Counted from the stretch's first letter, positions 39,820 to 49,585 are shown. The stretch is 64,000 nucleotides of DNA from Verrucomicrobiota bacterium (GCA_039818205.1 JBCBUK010000006.1:208215-272214), one strand, 5' to 3'. The notes: generated from the letters alone by a model not told the origin. A program made the numbers and translations.

Positions 39820-40719
39820 ATGAGTTCTGTACCGAACAATCCGCTTACTCCTGAACAGGAAGAATCCCTACGTGACTCGCTCAAGCGATGCTCGCCTGAG
39901 ACCATTACCGCAGCGATTGCGTTTCGAAATCAAGGCGACAACAGCCAGGCACCAATGGTGATCATTGGTATCATTGAGCGGTTTTGTGAGCCCGATGTCC
40001 GACCAAAGCTCAAGGAGCCAGGAGCCGACGAGCTGCGTGTGGCTGAGGATCTCGGCGTAGACTCCCTGACGATGGTTGAGGTGGTTATGCTTGTTGAAGA
40101 GGCCTTGGAGATTACGATCGACAACTCCGAGCTCGGTGACTTGCGCACGATCGGCGACGTGAAGACTTTCGTTGGCTACAAACTTTCTGGAGAAGCCATG
40201 CCGGAGCCGGCTAAGAACATCGAATCCCTTGAGATTCCGGATATCATGCCGCATGGCGATCCGTTTTTGTTCGTTCAGCAGGCAGCAATTCGTGGCGACG
40301 AAATCACCGGCAGCTACAAGATTTCCGGCGAAGAAGACTTCCTGCGCGGCCATTTCAAGGACAACCCAGTTTTCCCCGCGTCGATCATGCTTGAGGCATT
40401 GGGCCAATTAGCTGTTCTCTATTTGCTTCGGGCCGATGACGAAGCATTGGCTGGCAAGGTTGACCCATCCAAGATTCTTTTCACTTCTTGCGATGGCGTG
40501 CGGTGCTCCCGCGTGTGCAAGCCAGGCGATACGCTTAGCATGTCGGTCAAAGCAAAGAAGATCCGCCACCCGGGAGCCCTGTTTACGGGAACCATCTTAG
40601 TCGATTCTGAGAAAGCTGTGTTTGCCGAAGAAATTTCGCTGAAGTTTGACTATGCTGAAGGCACGGTGGTTGCTCAAGAAGCTGAGGGCGAGAGTGCGGA
40701 TAAACCTGCGGCAGAGTAA
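39820..40719 (+). CDS. Acyl carrier protein fused to a FabZ-type 3-hydroxyacyl-ACP dehydratase
   Basis: DLGVDSLTMVEVVM (phosphopantetheine Ser), then MPHGDPFLFV...FLRGHFKDNPVFPASIMLEALGQ in one frame. Confidence 0.88.
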   Translation: MSSVPNNPLTPEQEESLRDSLKRCSPETITAAIAFRNQGDNSQAPMVIIGIIERFCEPDVRPKLKEPGADELRVAEDLGVDSLTMVEVVMLVEEALEITIDNSELGDLRTIGDVKTFVGYKLSGEAMPEPAKNIESLEIPDIMPHGDPFLFVQQAAIRGDEITGSYKISGEEDFLRGHFKDNPVFPASIMLEALGQLAVLYLLRADDEALAGKVDPSKILFTSCDGVRCSRVCKPGDTLSMSVKAKKIRHPGALFTGTILVDSEKAVFAEEISLKFDYAEGTVVAQEAEGESADKPAAE

Positions 40720-40784
40720 GAAGCGTCATTTTGCTCAAAATGAGCCATTGTCAGGACGGAATCCACTGTCCATAGTCTCGGAGC

Positions 40785-42044
40785 ATGCCAAGAGTAGCGA
40801 TTACTGGATTAGGTTTCATCACCAGCATCGGAAATGACCAAGCAACTGTTTGCGATAGTCTTCGTGAGCTGAAGCATGGAATAGCCATTTCCCCCGAATT
40901 TTCGGAACGCGATCCGATCGCGACCCTTGGCACGATCAAAGGATTCGATACCGCATCGAACGATGTCGAAGACTGGACGTATCCGGAAGAATACACGGTT
41001 CGCCGCGAGCACATTCGCAGCATGTCTCCTCACGTTCTGTTTGCCCATTGTGCCCTCGTTCAGGCAATCAAAGATGCGGGCCTTAGCGATGAGGAAGTCT
41101 CGAATCGAGATACCGGCTTGTTTACGGCTTCTGCGGGTTCAGCCCGCGGTATTCACTACAACGTTGAGCGGATGAACTCGATTGGTATCGGGCGGGTTTC
41201 ACCGATGGCGGTGGTGTCTTCCGTGGTCGGGACTCTTTCTTTTAATCTGGTTGCCAGTTTTAAGATCAAGGGTGCCTCCGGTGGATTTGCTTCCGCGTGT
41301 GCATCGTCTGGTCATGCATTGGGTTACGCATTTGATGAGATCAAGCTCGGCCGCCAAAAGCGGGTGTTCGTTGTGGGCGCCGAAGATGGCAACCGCGAAG
41401 CCATTTTGCCTTTTGCCGGAATGCGGGCGCTCTCCCCGGCGAAAGATCCCGACATCGCGTCTCGCCCATTTGATGCTGCGCGGAATGGTTTCGTCGGAAC
41501 CGGTGGTGGCGCAGTTATTCTTTTGGAAGAGTTGGAAACGGCAAAGGCTCGCGGAGCAAAAATTTACGGTGAGTTGGCCGGTTGGGGGCAGGCCTCCGAC
41601 GGCTACAATGTTGCAATCTCCCATCCTGAGGGTCTCGGGCTGGCCGAGGCAATGCGTCGCGCCATGGCGTCGGCGGAAATCACGCCTGAGCAAGTGGACT
41701 ATGTAAATGCCCATGCGACCTCCACGCAAATTGGCGATCTCTCGGAGGTCAAGGGATTGAACAAAGCCTTCGAGGGATATTCTCCGCTCGTTAGCAGCAC
41801 CAAGGCGTTGACCGGCCATGGTTTGTCCTTGGCGAGCGCTATGGAAACCGGTTTTACCGCGCTGGCGATGAGTGAGAATTTTACGCCGGGTTCGGCCCAC
41901 ATTGAGACGATCGATCCTAAGATCGAGGGCATCGATGTGCTCTGTGAGAGTCGCGAAGGCGCCCCTAAATATGCGCTGAAGAACAGCAGTGGGTTTGGCG
42001 GTGCGAACGTAACGCTCGTGCTCAAACAGTTCACCGGCTCCTAG
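40785..42044 (+). CDS. Beta-ketoacyl-ACP synthase (FabB/FabF family)
   Basis: VAITGLG, SACASSGHA, NAHATST, TKALTGHGL, GFGG. Confidence 0.93.
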   Translation: MPRVAITGLGFITSIGNDQATVCDSLRELKHGIAISPEFSERDPIATLGTIKGFDTASNDVEDWTYPEEYTVRREHIRSMSPHVLFAHCALVQAIKDAGLSDEEVSNRDTGLFTASAGSARGIHYNVERMNSIGIGRVSPMAVVSSVVGTLSFNLVASFKIKGASGGFASACASSGHALGYAFDEIKLGRQKRVFVVGAEDGNREAILPFAGMRALSPAKDPDIASRPFDAARNGFVGTGGGAVILLEELETAKARGAKIYGELAGWGQASDGYNVAISHPEGLGLAEAMRRAMASAEITPEQVDYVNAHATSTQIGDLSEVKGLNKAFEGYSPLVSSTKALTGHGLSLASAMETGFTALAMSENFTPGSAHIETIDPKIEGIDVLCESREGAPKYALKNSSGFGGANVTLVLKQFTGS

Positions 42045-42697
42045 TCGAGCAGTCCCGCTGGTCCGGCGAATGGATCCATGTTTGGATCATTGTTCCAAGT
42101 GTACTCGGCGTAGATAGCGGCTTCCTGCGCTCGCTCGCTGCCATGGATCTCAGCGATCAGGGCCAGGGTCATATCCATTCCGGCAGATACGCCCGCTGAT
42201 GTCCACGTATTGCCATCTTGCACCCAGCGGGCGTGCGGAATCCACTTGGTGCTTGGTCCTTGGCTGGTCGCCCAAGTATAGGCCAGCTTGTTGGTGGTTG
42301 CCCGTTTGTTGTTTAGGAGACCCGCCCGAGCCAAGATCCCAGCGCCAGTGCAGATCGAGCAAACGTAGCGGGCGACTGTCGCAAGTCGGTGGATCTCTTT
42401 AAGTGCTTCCGAATTGTTGACAAACTTCCGGGATCCAATGCCACCGGGAACCATCAATATCCCAACCTCGGGTGTTTCGCTGAGTGCAGATTCTGCGACA
42501 ATTGATGGGCCTTGGATGCTTGGAACAGCTCCCGTCGATTCGCCGAGGATGATCAATTGGAAGTCCGCGGGATAGTTACCGAGGAACTCGAGCGGCCCGA
42601 ATACATCGAGGAGTTCGAACTCCGGGAAAACGACCATGCCAACGGTAATTGCTTCCTGCATGGGCGGAGTTGTCGCAGGAATTAGACTACTTGTCAA
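42041..42697 (-). CDS. DJ-1/PfpI family protein (isonitrile hydratase-like)
   Basis: FELLDVFGP, VPGG, SICTGA, TSAGVSAGMD. Start may be ATG 42661; stop overlaps the convergent ketosynthase stop. Confidence 0.9.
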   Translation of the reverse strand: MTSSLIPATTPPMQEAITVGMVVFPEFELLDVFGPLEFLGNYPADFQLIILGESTGAVPSIQGPSIVAESALSETPEVGILMVPGGIGSRKFVNNSEALKEIHRLATVARYVCSICTGAGILARAGLLNNKRATTNKLAYTWATSQGPSTKWIPHARWVQDGNTWTSAGVSAGMDMTLALIAEIHGSERAQEAAIYAEYTWNNDPNMDPFAGPAGLLD

Positions 42698-43328
42698 AGG
42701 CCGCTCGCAAGCTCCGGGTTGCTTGAGCAGTGTCCGAGTCCAGGAGCAGGTCCGAGACCGCTACGAGCGCTTGCGCACCGTCAGAGATCACTTGTTGGGC
42801 GTTACTGCGTTTGATCCCGCCAATACAGAACCAGGGTAGGGGTGGATGCAGCCCGGCAACGTGTCGAACCAGTTCCAAGCCGACCGGAACGTAGGTTGGC
42901 TTGGTTGGCGTGGCGAAAACGGGGCCGACGGCAAAGTAGTTGAGTCGATGGGCTTGAGCGATGGCTTTGGCAGCTTGGTCCGGGGAATGCGTCGACAGAC
43001 CGAGGATGCGTTCGTCGCCAAGCGCATTGCGGACCTCGGAAACAGGCGCGTCGTCTTGGCCAACGTGGACTCCAACCCCGGGATACTCCGCGGCTAACTG
43101 CCAGTCGTCATTTAAGACCAATGGGGTCGCGGTGGACTGAAACAGGGGCAAGATCTCTTCAAGGAGGATGCGTCGTTCGTCCCGTGAAGTGCCCTTGGCT
43201 CTAAGCTGGATAATATCGGCTCCTCCGTCGATGAGTTGCTGGCATTTCTTCTGCCACTGGTCGCGCTTAACGTAACCGGTGTCCAGAATGCCGTAAACAC
43301 GAGGCGGTTCGGGCCAGGAAAAACGCAT
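42687..43328 (-). CDS. thiE: Thiamine-phosphate synthase
   Basis: IQLRAK, LNDD, GVHVGQDD, GLSTHS, GPVFATPTK, CIGGI. Confidence 0.95.
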   Translation of the reverse strand: MRFSWPEPPRVYGILDTGYVKRDQWQKKCQQLIDGGADIIQLRAKGTSRDERRILLEEILPLFQSTATPLVLNDDWQLAAEYPGVGVHVGQDDAPVSEVRNALGDERILGLSTHSPDQAAKAIAQAHRLNYFAVGPVFATPTKPTYVPVGLELVRHVAGLHPPLPWFCIGGIKRSNAQQVISDGAQALVAVSDLLLDSDTAQATRSLRAAFDK

Positions 43329-43341
43329 ACGGTCGATGAGC

Positions 43342-44514
43342 CTACTTGTCGGGTAGGTTCTCTTTTTCCTCTAAGCCGTCGTCGAAGTCGTCGGGAAGCA
43401 TTGGGAAATCGTCAAAAGGGTCCTCGGCAAGCTCTTCCTCGACCGATTTTTTCTTCTTTTCCTCTTCGGTTGCTTCTGCGTTGGCAGCCGGTTCGCTGGG
43501 CTTCACTGGATCGGCAGCAGGTGCAGCTTCAGCGGGTTTTTCTGGTTCAGAGGATTGCCCAGGGCCGGAAGGCTCGACGGGCACGGGTGGCGTCGGGGTG
43601 GCGTCGGATTCTTTGGACTTCTTTTTTCCAAAACCAAATAGACCCTTCTTTTTCTTTTTCGGAGCTTCGGCATCCTCCGCCTTTTCGCTCTCATCGACCG
43701 GAATCCAACCGACGGGTTCAGCGGGTGCGTCATCTTTCGGCTTGGGTGCCTTCTCCGGTTCAGCAGCGGGCTTTGTTTCCACGGGAGCCGGTTTCTCAAC
43801 CGGGGCTGGCTCAGCTGCGGGGGCGGGTTTTGGTTCCTCAGCCGGTTTAGTCTTCTTGCTCGAAAATAGGCCGCTTTTCTTGGGCTCTGGATCCGCTGGT
43901 TCTGCCTCTTCCGCTTTCTCGGGAGCCGATTCAATCGCCTTCGCTTGGCTCTGCGCTAGTGCGGATTGCTCTTTGGCGAGCACGAGGGCGTTATTGGCTT
44001 CTTCGGCTTCAAGAACCGCTTCTTGCTCAGCGGCTTCGCTGGCCTTTTTGGCTTTGGTGTCCTTGGGTGGGTCGATGGGGATCTCTTTCTTGAAACCCGT
44101 CGCGGTGAAGCTGATGTCGCCAACCAGGATGCCATGTGTCTCCTGCAAGATGTGGGTGATGCGGCGGCGCAGGTGATCGCGCACGTTGCCGATGCGCTGC
44201 CCTTCGAAGAGCTTGGCTCGGATGTAAATATTGATCCGACCGTGCCTTTTGATGAACTTGATCCGTGGCTTTGAGGCGGTGTCAAGGTGCTCGCAGGCCA
44301 ACTTAACCAGGTCTTTCAATGCGGCATTGGTCGTTTCGGCGATTCCGCTTTCGTCCCGGAAGACCAGGAAGTTGCGTTTGGCCCGGGTTTTCCTCCAATA
44401 GACAACCAGGAGGATGATTACGACAACTGTTCCGCCCCACCAATAGTACATCTCCGGAGCCTCGGCGCCGTAGCTCTTATTGATTAATTCGTTCAGCTGG
44501 GCCTGAAAATTCAT
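43342..44514 (-). CDS. AmaP-like membrane anchor with long Pro/Ala/Glu/Lys disordered tail
   Basis: One N-terminal TM helix, Asp23-like domain (ETTNAALKDLV...ATGF), about 250 aa of low complexity; directly downstream of the Asp23 gene. Confidence 0.65.
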   Translation of the reverse strand: MNFQAQLNELINKSYGAEAPEMYYWWGGTVVVIILLVVYWRKTRAKRNFLVFRDESGIAETTNAALKDLVKLACEHLDTASKPRIKFIKRHGRINIYIRAKLFEGQRIGNVRDHLRRRITHILQETHGILVGDISFTATGFKKEIPIDPPKDTKAKKASEAAEQEAVLEAEEANNALVLAKEQSALAQSQAKAIESAPEKAEEAEPADPEPKKSGLFSSKKTKPAEEPKPAPAAEPAPVEKPAPVETKPAAEPEKAPKPKDDAPAEPVGWIPVDESEKAEDAEAPKKKKKGLFGFGKKKSKESDATPTPPVPVEPSGPGQSSEPEKPAEAAPAADPVKPSEPAANAEATEEEKKKKSVEEELAEDPFDDFPMLPDDFDDGLEEKENLPDK

Positions 44515-44558
44515 TCGACTGAGTTAGGAATTAGGTGGAGCGAGTACGCGGGTAGAAT

Positions 44559-45020
44559 CTAGTCGGTGTGGGGTTCGTTCCAGGTTTCGCGGGCTTCCTC
44601 CTTGACGTTGGATTCCATGACCACGCCATCAATAAAGACATCGACCTTGCTGACGCTCTTATCGGTCATGCGTTGAACTTCGGCCCGCACGTGTTCTTGA
44701 ATAATTTTCGCGATCTTCGCCAGTTCCACGCCGAATTTCATTTCCACGTGAATTTTGACGACGTAGTTGCCGGCTTCGTCTTCGGTGACGTCGACGCCTT
44801 TCTCGCCTTTGCGCCCACCGAAAGTTTCCCAGATGCCTTCGGAACCATCCTTGACGGCGTGCACGCCTTCGATTGAAAGGGTGGCCATCTTCACAATGTT
44901 CGCGACGACCTGAAAAGTAATGTGATACTCGTCGCCTTCAATTTCTTCTGTCGGCACAGGAATCGTGTGCTGGTCTGGCTCTTCGACCGGTGGGTTGTCG
45001 CTAGTTTTCTTTGCTGGCAT
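44559..45020 (-). CDS. Asp23/Gls24 family protein (YqhY-like)
   Basis: ITFQVVANIV...IEGV...KGVDV...FGVELAKIAKIIQEHV...MT...VDVFIDGV. Confidence 0.9.
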   Translation of the reverse strand: MPAKKTSDNPPVEEPDQHTIPVPTEEIEGDEYHITFQVVANIVKMATLSIEGVHAVKDGSEGIWETFGGRKGEKGVDVTEDEAGNYVVKIHVEMKFGVELAKIAKIIQEHVRAEVQRMTDKSVSKVDVFIDGVVMESNVKEEARETWNEPHTD

Positions 45021-45122
45021 GGTTTCGTTTACCTGGTTCGATATTTCAATGCGTTGAAACGCAGCTGTTTGATCAGTAGTCCTAAACTATATTTAGACTC
45101 ACGAAAACCTCAAAATATTTCA

Positions 45123-46502
45123 CTACATTGAGTCATCAATGTGGAATAGGTCGCGCGGCGTTCGGCTGAGGAACTCTTCGATGTATTTCGTGGTGACATC
45201 GCCCGAACGGAAAACGGGATCTTTCATCACCGCAGCGCAGAAAGGAATCGTGGTCTTGATCCCGCGAATCAAATACTCGTTGAGAGCACGATACATGCGG
45301 TCCATCGCGACTTCGCGGGTGCGACCGTAGACCATCAGCTTCGCCACCATGCTATCATAGTGTGGTGGAACGATATAGCCCTGGTAAACGTGGGAGTCGA
45401 CGCGAACACCATGCCCACCGGGCGAGTAGTAGAAAGTGACCTCACCCGGGCACGGTGCGAAATTGCGCGCTGGATCTTCAGCATTGATCCGGCATTCGAT
45501 GCAGTGCCGCTGGATCTTGATATCCTTCTGGTCGAGTTCCAACTTTTCACCGTTGGCAATCCTGATCTGGCGTTTCACGAGGTCCAGCCCGGTGACCTCC
45601 TCGGTCACGCCGTGCTCAACCTGAATCCGCGCATTCATTTCGATGAAGTAAAAGTCGCCGTTTTTGTCGACGAGGAACTCAACGGTTCCCGCGTTCTGAT
45701 AGCCAGACTCGTTGGCGATACGCACGGCGGCCTGACCCATCTTGTTGCGGAGCTTGTCGGTGAGGTAAGGCGATGGAGCCTCTTCGATTAGCTTCTGGTA
45801 GCGGCGCTGCACAGAGCAGTCGCGCTCGCCGAGGTGCAATATCTTGCCGTGTTCATCGGCCAAAATCTGAAATTCGATATGGCGCGGTTCCTCGATGTAT
45901 TTCTCGATATAAACGTCGCCGTTTCCGAATGCCTTTTCGGCTTCGATGCGGGCCGTTTGGAACTCCTTGGCAAACGCCATGGCGTTGTGCGCCAAGCGCA
46001 TGCCCTTGCCACCGCCACCAGCGACCGCCTTGATAATTACCGGAAAGCCGATTTCTTTGGCGATTTTGATGGCTTCTGTCTCATCGGTTACGGGGCCATC
46101 GCTGCCGGGGATCGTGGGAGCCTTGGCACGCTTGGCGACTTCCTTGGCCATGGCCTTATCGCCCATCAGGCGAATGGTCTCCGAACGCGGCCCGATAAAC
46201 TTGATGTTACAGCTTTCACACTGTTCGGCGAATTCAGCATTTTCCGAAAGGAAGCCGAAACCGGGGTGAATTGCATCAACATCGGCGATTTCTGCCGCGC
46301 TGATGATCCGATCGGCCTTCAAATAGCTTTCCGAGGAAGGGGCTGGCCCAATGCAAATCGCTTCATCGGCCAACTGGACGTGCAGGCTTTGTTCGTCTGC
46401 TTCCGAGTAGACGGCGAGTGTGCGTATACCGAGCTCACGACAGGCGCGAACAATGCGCAGCGCAATCTCACCTCGGTTGGCAATAAGTATCTTTTGAATC
46501 AT
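45123..46502 (-). CDS. accC: Acetyl-CoA carboxylase biotin carboxylase subunit
   Basis: [45 protein letters not shown]. Confidence 0.97.
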   Translation of the reverse strand: MIQKILIANRGEIALRIVRACRELGIRTLAVYSEADEQSLHVQLADEAICIGPAPSSESYLKADRIISAAEIADVDAIHPGFGFLSENAEFAEQCESCNIKFIGPRSETIRLMGDKAMAKEVAKRAKAPTIPGSDGPVTDETEAIKIAKEIGFPVIIKAVAGGGGKGMRLAHNAMAFAKEFQTARIEAEKAFGNGDVYIEKYIEEPRHIEFQILADEHGKILHLGERDCSVQRRYQKLIEEAPSPYLTDKLRNKMGQAAVRIANESGYQNAGTVEFLVDKNGDFYFIEMNARIQVEHGVTEEVTGLDLVKRQIRIANGEKLELDQKDIKIQRHCIECRINAEDPARNFAPCPGEVTFYYSPGGHGVRVDSHVYQGYIVPPHYDSMVAKLMVYGRTREVAMDRMYRALNEYLIRGIKTTIPFCAAVMKDPVFRSGDVTTKYIEEFLSRTPRDLFHIDDSM

Positions 46503-46557
46503 GGGTGTGGTGCGTGCGCAAAGGTGACCTTAGCGCACGTATAAACGGAGAATGTTA

Positions 46558-47031
46558 CTAGGCCTTGACCTTGAACAACGGCTGGCCGTACTCCACTGCC
46601 TGGCCGTTTTCGACTAGGATCTCCGTGATGGTTCCGGAGATCTCAGAGTTGATTTCGTTCATGACCTTCATTGCCTCAATGATGCAAACGACCGATTCCG
46701 CTTTCACCTTAGAGCCAACGTCTACAAACGGTTTGCTGTCAGGATTAGAAGCGCGGTAGAAACTGCCAACCATCGGTGACTTGATCACGGATACGCCGGG
46801 CTCGTCGGCCGCAGGCTTTGCGGCGTCGGCACCGGCGGGTGCCGCAGGAGCTGGAGCAGGTGCGGCTGTTGCTGGAGCCGCAGGCGCGGCTTGAACCGCA
46901 ATTGGCTGGGCCGTGACAGTGCCCGTATTGCGACAAATTCGTAACTTGAGTTCTTTTTCTTCGAGTTCGAATTCCGTCAAGTCCGACCGCTTCATGAGGT
47001 CGACGATCTGTTTGATCTCCTTAATATCCAT
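46558..47031 (-). CDS. accB: Biotin carboxyl carrier protein
   Basis: MDIKEIK, Ala/Pro linker, SPMVG, EAMKV biotinylation motif; ATG at 47031. Confidence 0.97.
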   Translation of the reverse strand: MDIKEIKQIVDLMKRSDLTEFELEEKELKLRICRNTGTVTAQPIAVQAAPAAPATAAPAPAPAAPAGADAAKPAADEPGVSVIKSPMVGSFYRASNPDSKPFVDVGSKVKAESVVCIIEAMKVMNEINSEISGTITEILVENGQAVEYGQPLFKVKA

Positions 47032-47403
47032 ACGCAAAGTTGAAAAAATAAATTGGTTTCCGGGTCGGGGCCGGGTGGCAAATCCAGAGACATTAGGGAA
47101 CTCATTGGACTTTGCGCAATGCCTATTTTTAGGTAAAATTCGCAGTTTTTTGGCCTGTTTTGGGCTGTTTTGGCCCGAAAACGAACAAATATGGCGAACT
47201 CGATCGATTTGGTGGGTTTGCGATAGTTTCTGGAAGTTGGCGTGTCAAACTGTCGCGATTATCGGGTTGCAAGCGGTGACGATTTTAGCCGTTTTCGAGT
47301 GGGTCGAGGGAAAGAGTTGCCAGAACACGCATCCTAAAATGGAATTCAAGGACACGGTGATTTACAGTGGCACATTTTTGGCTCAACGAACTGCTCAACG
47401 ACG

Positions 47404-48390
47404 ATGAAGTTTTATTATGTGAATGCGCTCAACAATGAGATTGGGCCCTTTATGATTCATGAAGCTGCTGGCCTCATTCGACGAAATGAGTTGGCGGAAG
47501 ATACTCGAGTGAGGTTCGAAGGAGACTCCGACTTCTACGATTTAAGAGACACCGCGCTCCATGAATATTGGCTGAAATTCGGTCAGAAACATGACCTTGG
47601 TTCCGAGACGCGCTATTTCTATCGTAAGAATGGAGATTCCTACGGGCCGCATACCGTCGAACGAATTGCTGAAGCCTACCGGTCTAATATCATTAATAAA
47701 GACACTCCAGTGTCTGAGGAAGGCGACCAAAACTGGCGCAGCCTGGGCGAATTCGATTTTATGAAAAAGGTCGAAGCATCGATTGCGGCTAAGACCAAGG
47801 CTCTTTCCGATCATACGCAACCTGGATTCACTCCTACTCTACCGGGGACCCTGGAGCCCGCCCCACCCCCGAGAGTAACGGGCCGCTTTGGCGAACGCTG
47901 CGAGCACAAGGAAACAATAATCGAAAAGCGCCACAAGCGGCATTGGATCCTCGTGTTTATCGGTTACATTTGTATGGTCAACATGGTCATTGATGGTATT
48001 CTTACGGTCGTCGGCTTAATTTGGGTATTGTTGGTTTCGTCGGTGGTTTTCGAACTTCGAAACGAAGAGCTGTCAGCAAGGCTTGAGGAGCGGGATATTC
48101 CCACGGTAGTGGTCAAGAAGGTGATGGAGGGAGATCCAATTACCGAGGAAGATTTTGAGCTACTCGACCTATCTCAAGCGAGTTGGCTTCGCAACACCCT
48201 TGAGAATCAGGGGATAATCGATGCAATATTGCTCGTTTCCGGCGCGACGGCCTGGCTGTATGTTGCGTGCTTTGCCTTAGGTACAGTCATTGGTTTTGCG
48301 CTTTTTCGTGCCTTTACGGTCTATCATGAGGTTCGCGTCTGCTTCAGATGTCGGACCACATTGCCGATGGATTTTCAACCAGCCAGGTGA
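47404..48390 (+). CDS. Tandem GYF_2 (DUF4339)-like membrane protein
   Basis: Two GYF_2-like repeats (FYY...GPF...DTRV and YFY...GPH...DTPVSEEGDQNW), Pro-rich linker, two TM segments, C-terminal CFRC. Confidence 0.7.
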   Translation: MKFYYVNALNNEIGPFMIHEAAGLIRRNELAEDTRVRFEGDSDFYDLRDTALHEYWLKFGQKHDLGSETRYFYRKNGDSYGPHTVERIAEAYRSNIINKDTPVSEEGDQNWRSLGEFDFMKKVEASIAAKTKALSDHTQPGFTPTLPGTLEPAPPPRVTGRFGERCEHKETIIEKRHKRHWILVFIGYICMVNMVIDGILTVVGLIWVLLVSSVVFELRNEELSARLEERDIPTVVVKKVMEGDPITEEDFELLDLSQASWLRNTLENQGIIDAILLVSGATAWLYVACFALGTVIGFALFRAFTVYHEVRVCFRCRTTLPMDFQPAR

Positions 48391-48395
48391 ATATA

Positions 48396-48425
48396 GAACC
48401 CCGATCGCATAGCCAATCGGGGTTC
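48396..48425. terminator. Hairpin between convergent genes, probable terminator
   Basis: 10-bp stem GAACCCCGAT/ATCGGGGTTC. Confidence 0.55.
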
Positions 48426-48448
48426 GTCAAACGCTTAGTAGGAAGCAT

Positions 48449-49081
48449 TTAGGCCTCGGTTGCCGTGACCATATTTCCACGCTTACGACGTAGGTAAACC
48501 AGGCCTCCGAGGGCCAGAGCGCTGAAGCCGGCCATCACGTAGGTGGATGCCTCGGGCACAGCGGCGACTGGCCCGATGTTTAGGGTGATGCTATCGGATG
48601 CCCATGTGTACTGGTAGGTGCCCGGTGTCAGGCCGATGCCAGCAAAGGTGTTTCCTACCCAGGTCGAGGAGCCGTTGAGTGGGGCACCGCTGACATAGCC
48701 GGAAGGGACCCAAACATCGTACAAAATCGGAGATCCGCCGTTTCCGACGAAATCGCCAGACGAAAATGTGGGGGCGACTTGAATGGCTCCCGGTCCGATG
48801 GCTGCTGGTCCAGCAGCATTTGAGTATACGTCGAATGTTGCACCGCCGCCGATGGCGAAGGTTGCGATATCTGGAGTGGCTCCGACAAAGATCGCGATTG
48901 GCACGCCGTTTAGGCTAAATGCAAGAGAAGATAGGTCGAGGTTTCCCGTCGCAGTGGCTACGACATCCCCGCCGACTTCGTTGACGTTGATAACGACGAC
49001 TGCGTCGGACATCTGGCATGCGAATAGTAGGGAAGCAGCGGCTATGGTGTTGCGGGTGAACGAGCGGGAAACTTGTCGCAT
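48449..49081 (-). CDS. PEP-CTERM-type sorting-signal surface protein
   Basis: Signal peptide (...MSDAVV), Gly/Ser/Ala/Thr-rich body, AVPEASTY plus TM plus RRKR; ATG at 49081. Confidence 0.88.
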   Translation of the reverse strand: MRQVSRSFTRNTIAAASLLFACQMSDAVVVINVNEVGGDVVATATGNLDLSSLAFSLNGVPIAIFVGATPDIATFAIGGGATFDVYSNAAGPAAIGPGAIQVAPTFSSGDFVGNGGSPILYDVWVPSGYVSGAPLNGSSTWVGNTFAGIGLTPGTYQYTWASDSITLNIGPVAAVPEASTYVMAGFSALALGGLVYLRRKRGNMVTATEA

Positions 49082-49207
49082 GTTGGTTTGATATCCGAGT
49101 CTCATTGTCACGCAAGAGGATTCTAGAAGCGATTGAAAGGATTTCGGCTTTTTGGGAAGAATCGTTGACCTTCGGTGCTCATATTTTAGATGCACCTTGA
49201 AGACATC

Positions 49208-49585
49208 ATGAGTAAACCCTATTTAATCACCTTAAATCTGGAGAAAAATTTGATCCTGTTCACGGCGTGTGGGCCGATCGAGAATGAATTGGTCCGTGAG
49301 ATGCGGGAGGAAATCGTCCCGCTCTTGAAGCTCTTTGATGAACCGGTCACGCTTGTTGTCGATATGCGGGAGGCGGAAGGGAGCTTATTGGATGCGTTCG
49401 AAGAGCTGCGGAAGCTTTATGCGGATTACGAGCACACGTCGATCAGTCGGATTGTGCGAATCCACTCCGACGAGATGGACAACCATGGGACGGGCATTAC
49501 GGACCGCTTCCATATGAAAGGAATTAGTAAGACCCGAGTGCTTTCGATGCACGATGCCCTGAAGACGCTTAAGATTGCGAACTAG
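49208..49585 (+). CDS. Hypothetical protein, possible STAS/SpoIIAA-like fold
   Basis: About 125 aa with LVVDMRE and a terminal SMHDAL pattern; start may be 49190. Confidence 0.6.
   Translation: MSKPYLITLNLEKNLILFTACGPIENELVREMREEIVPLLKLFDEPVTLVVDMREAEGSLLDAFEELRKLYADYEHTSISRIVRIHSDEMDNHGTGITDRFHMKGISKTRVLSMHDALKTLKIAN

Noticed and set aside
43329..43341. TPP riboswitch upstream of thiE
   Set aside because: Only 13 nt separate thiE from the upstream gene, and no TPP aptamer motif is visible.
43346..44176. 276-aa Ser/Gly/Ala-rich + strand ORF
   Set aside because: Antisense shadow of the low-complexity AmaP-like tail.
47032..47403. 372-bp gap (and overlapping 164-aa ORF 46913..47407) as ncRNA or gene
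   Set aside because: No recognisable structure or protein motif; consistent with a divergent promoter region.
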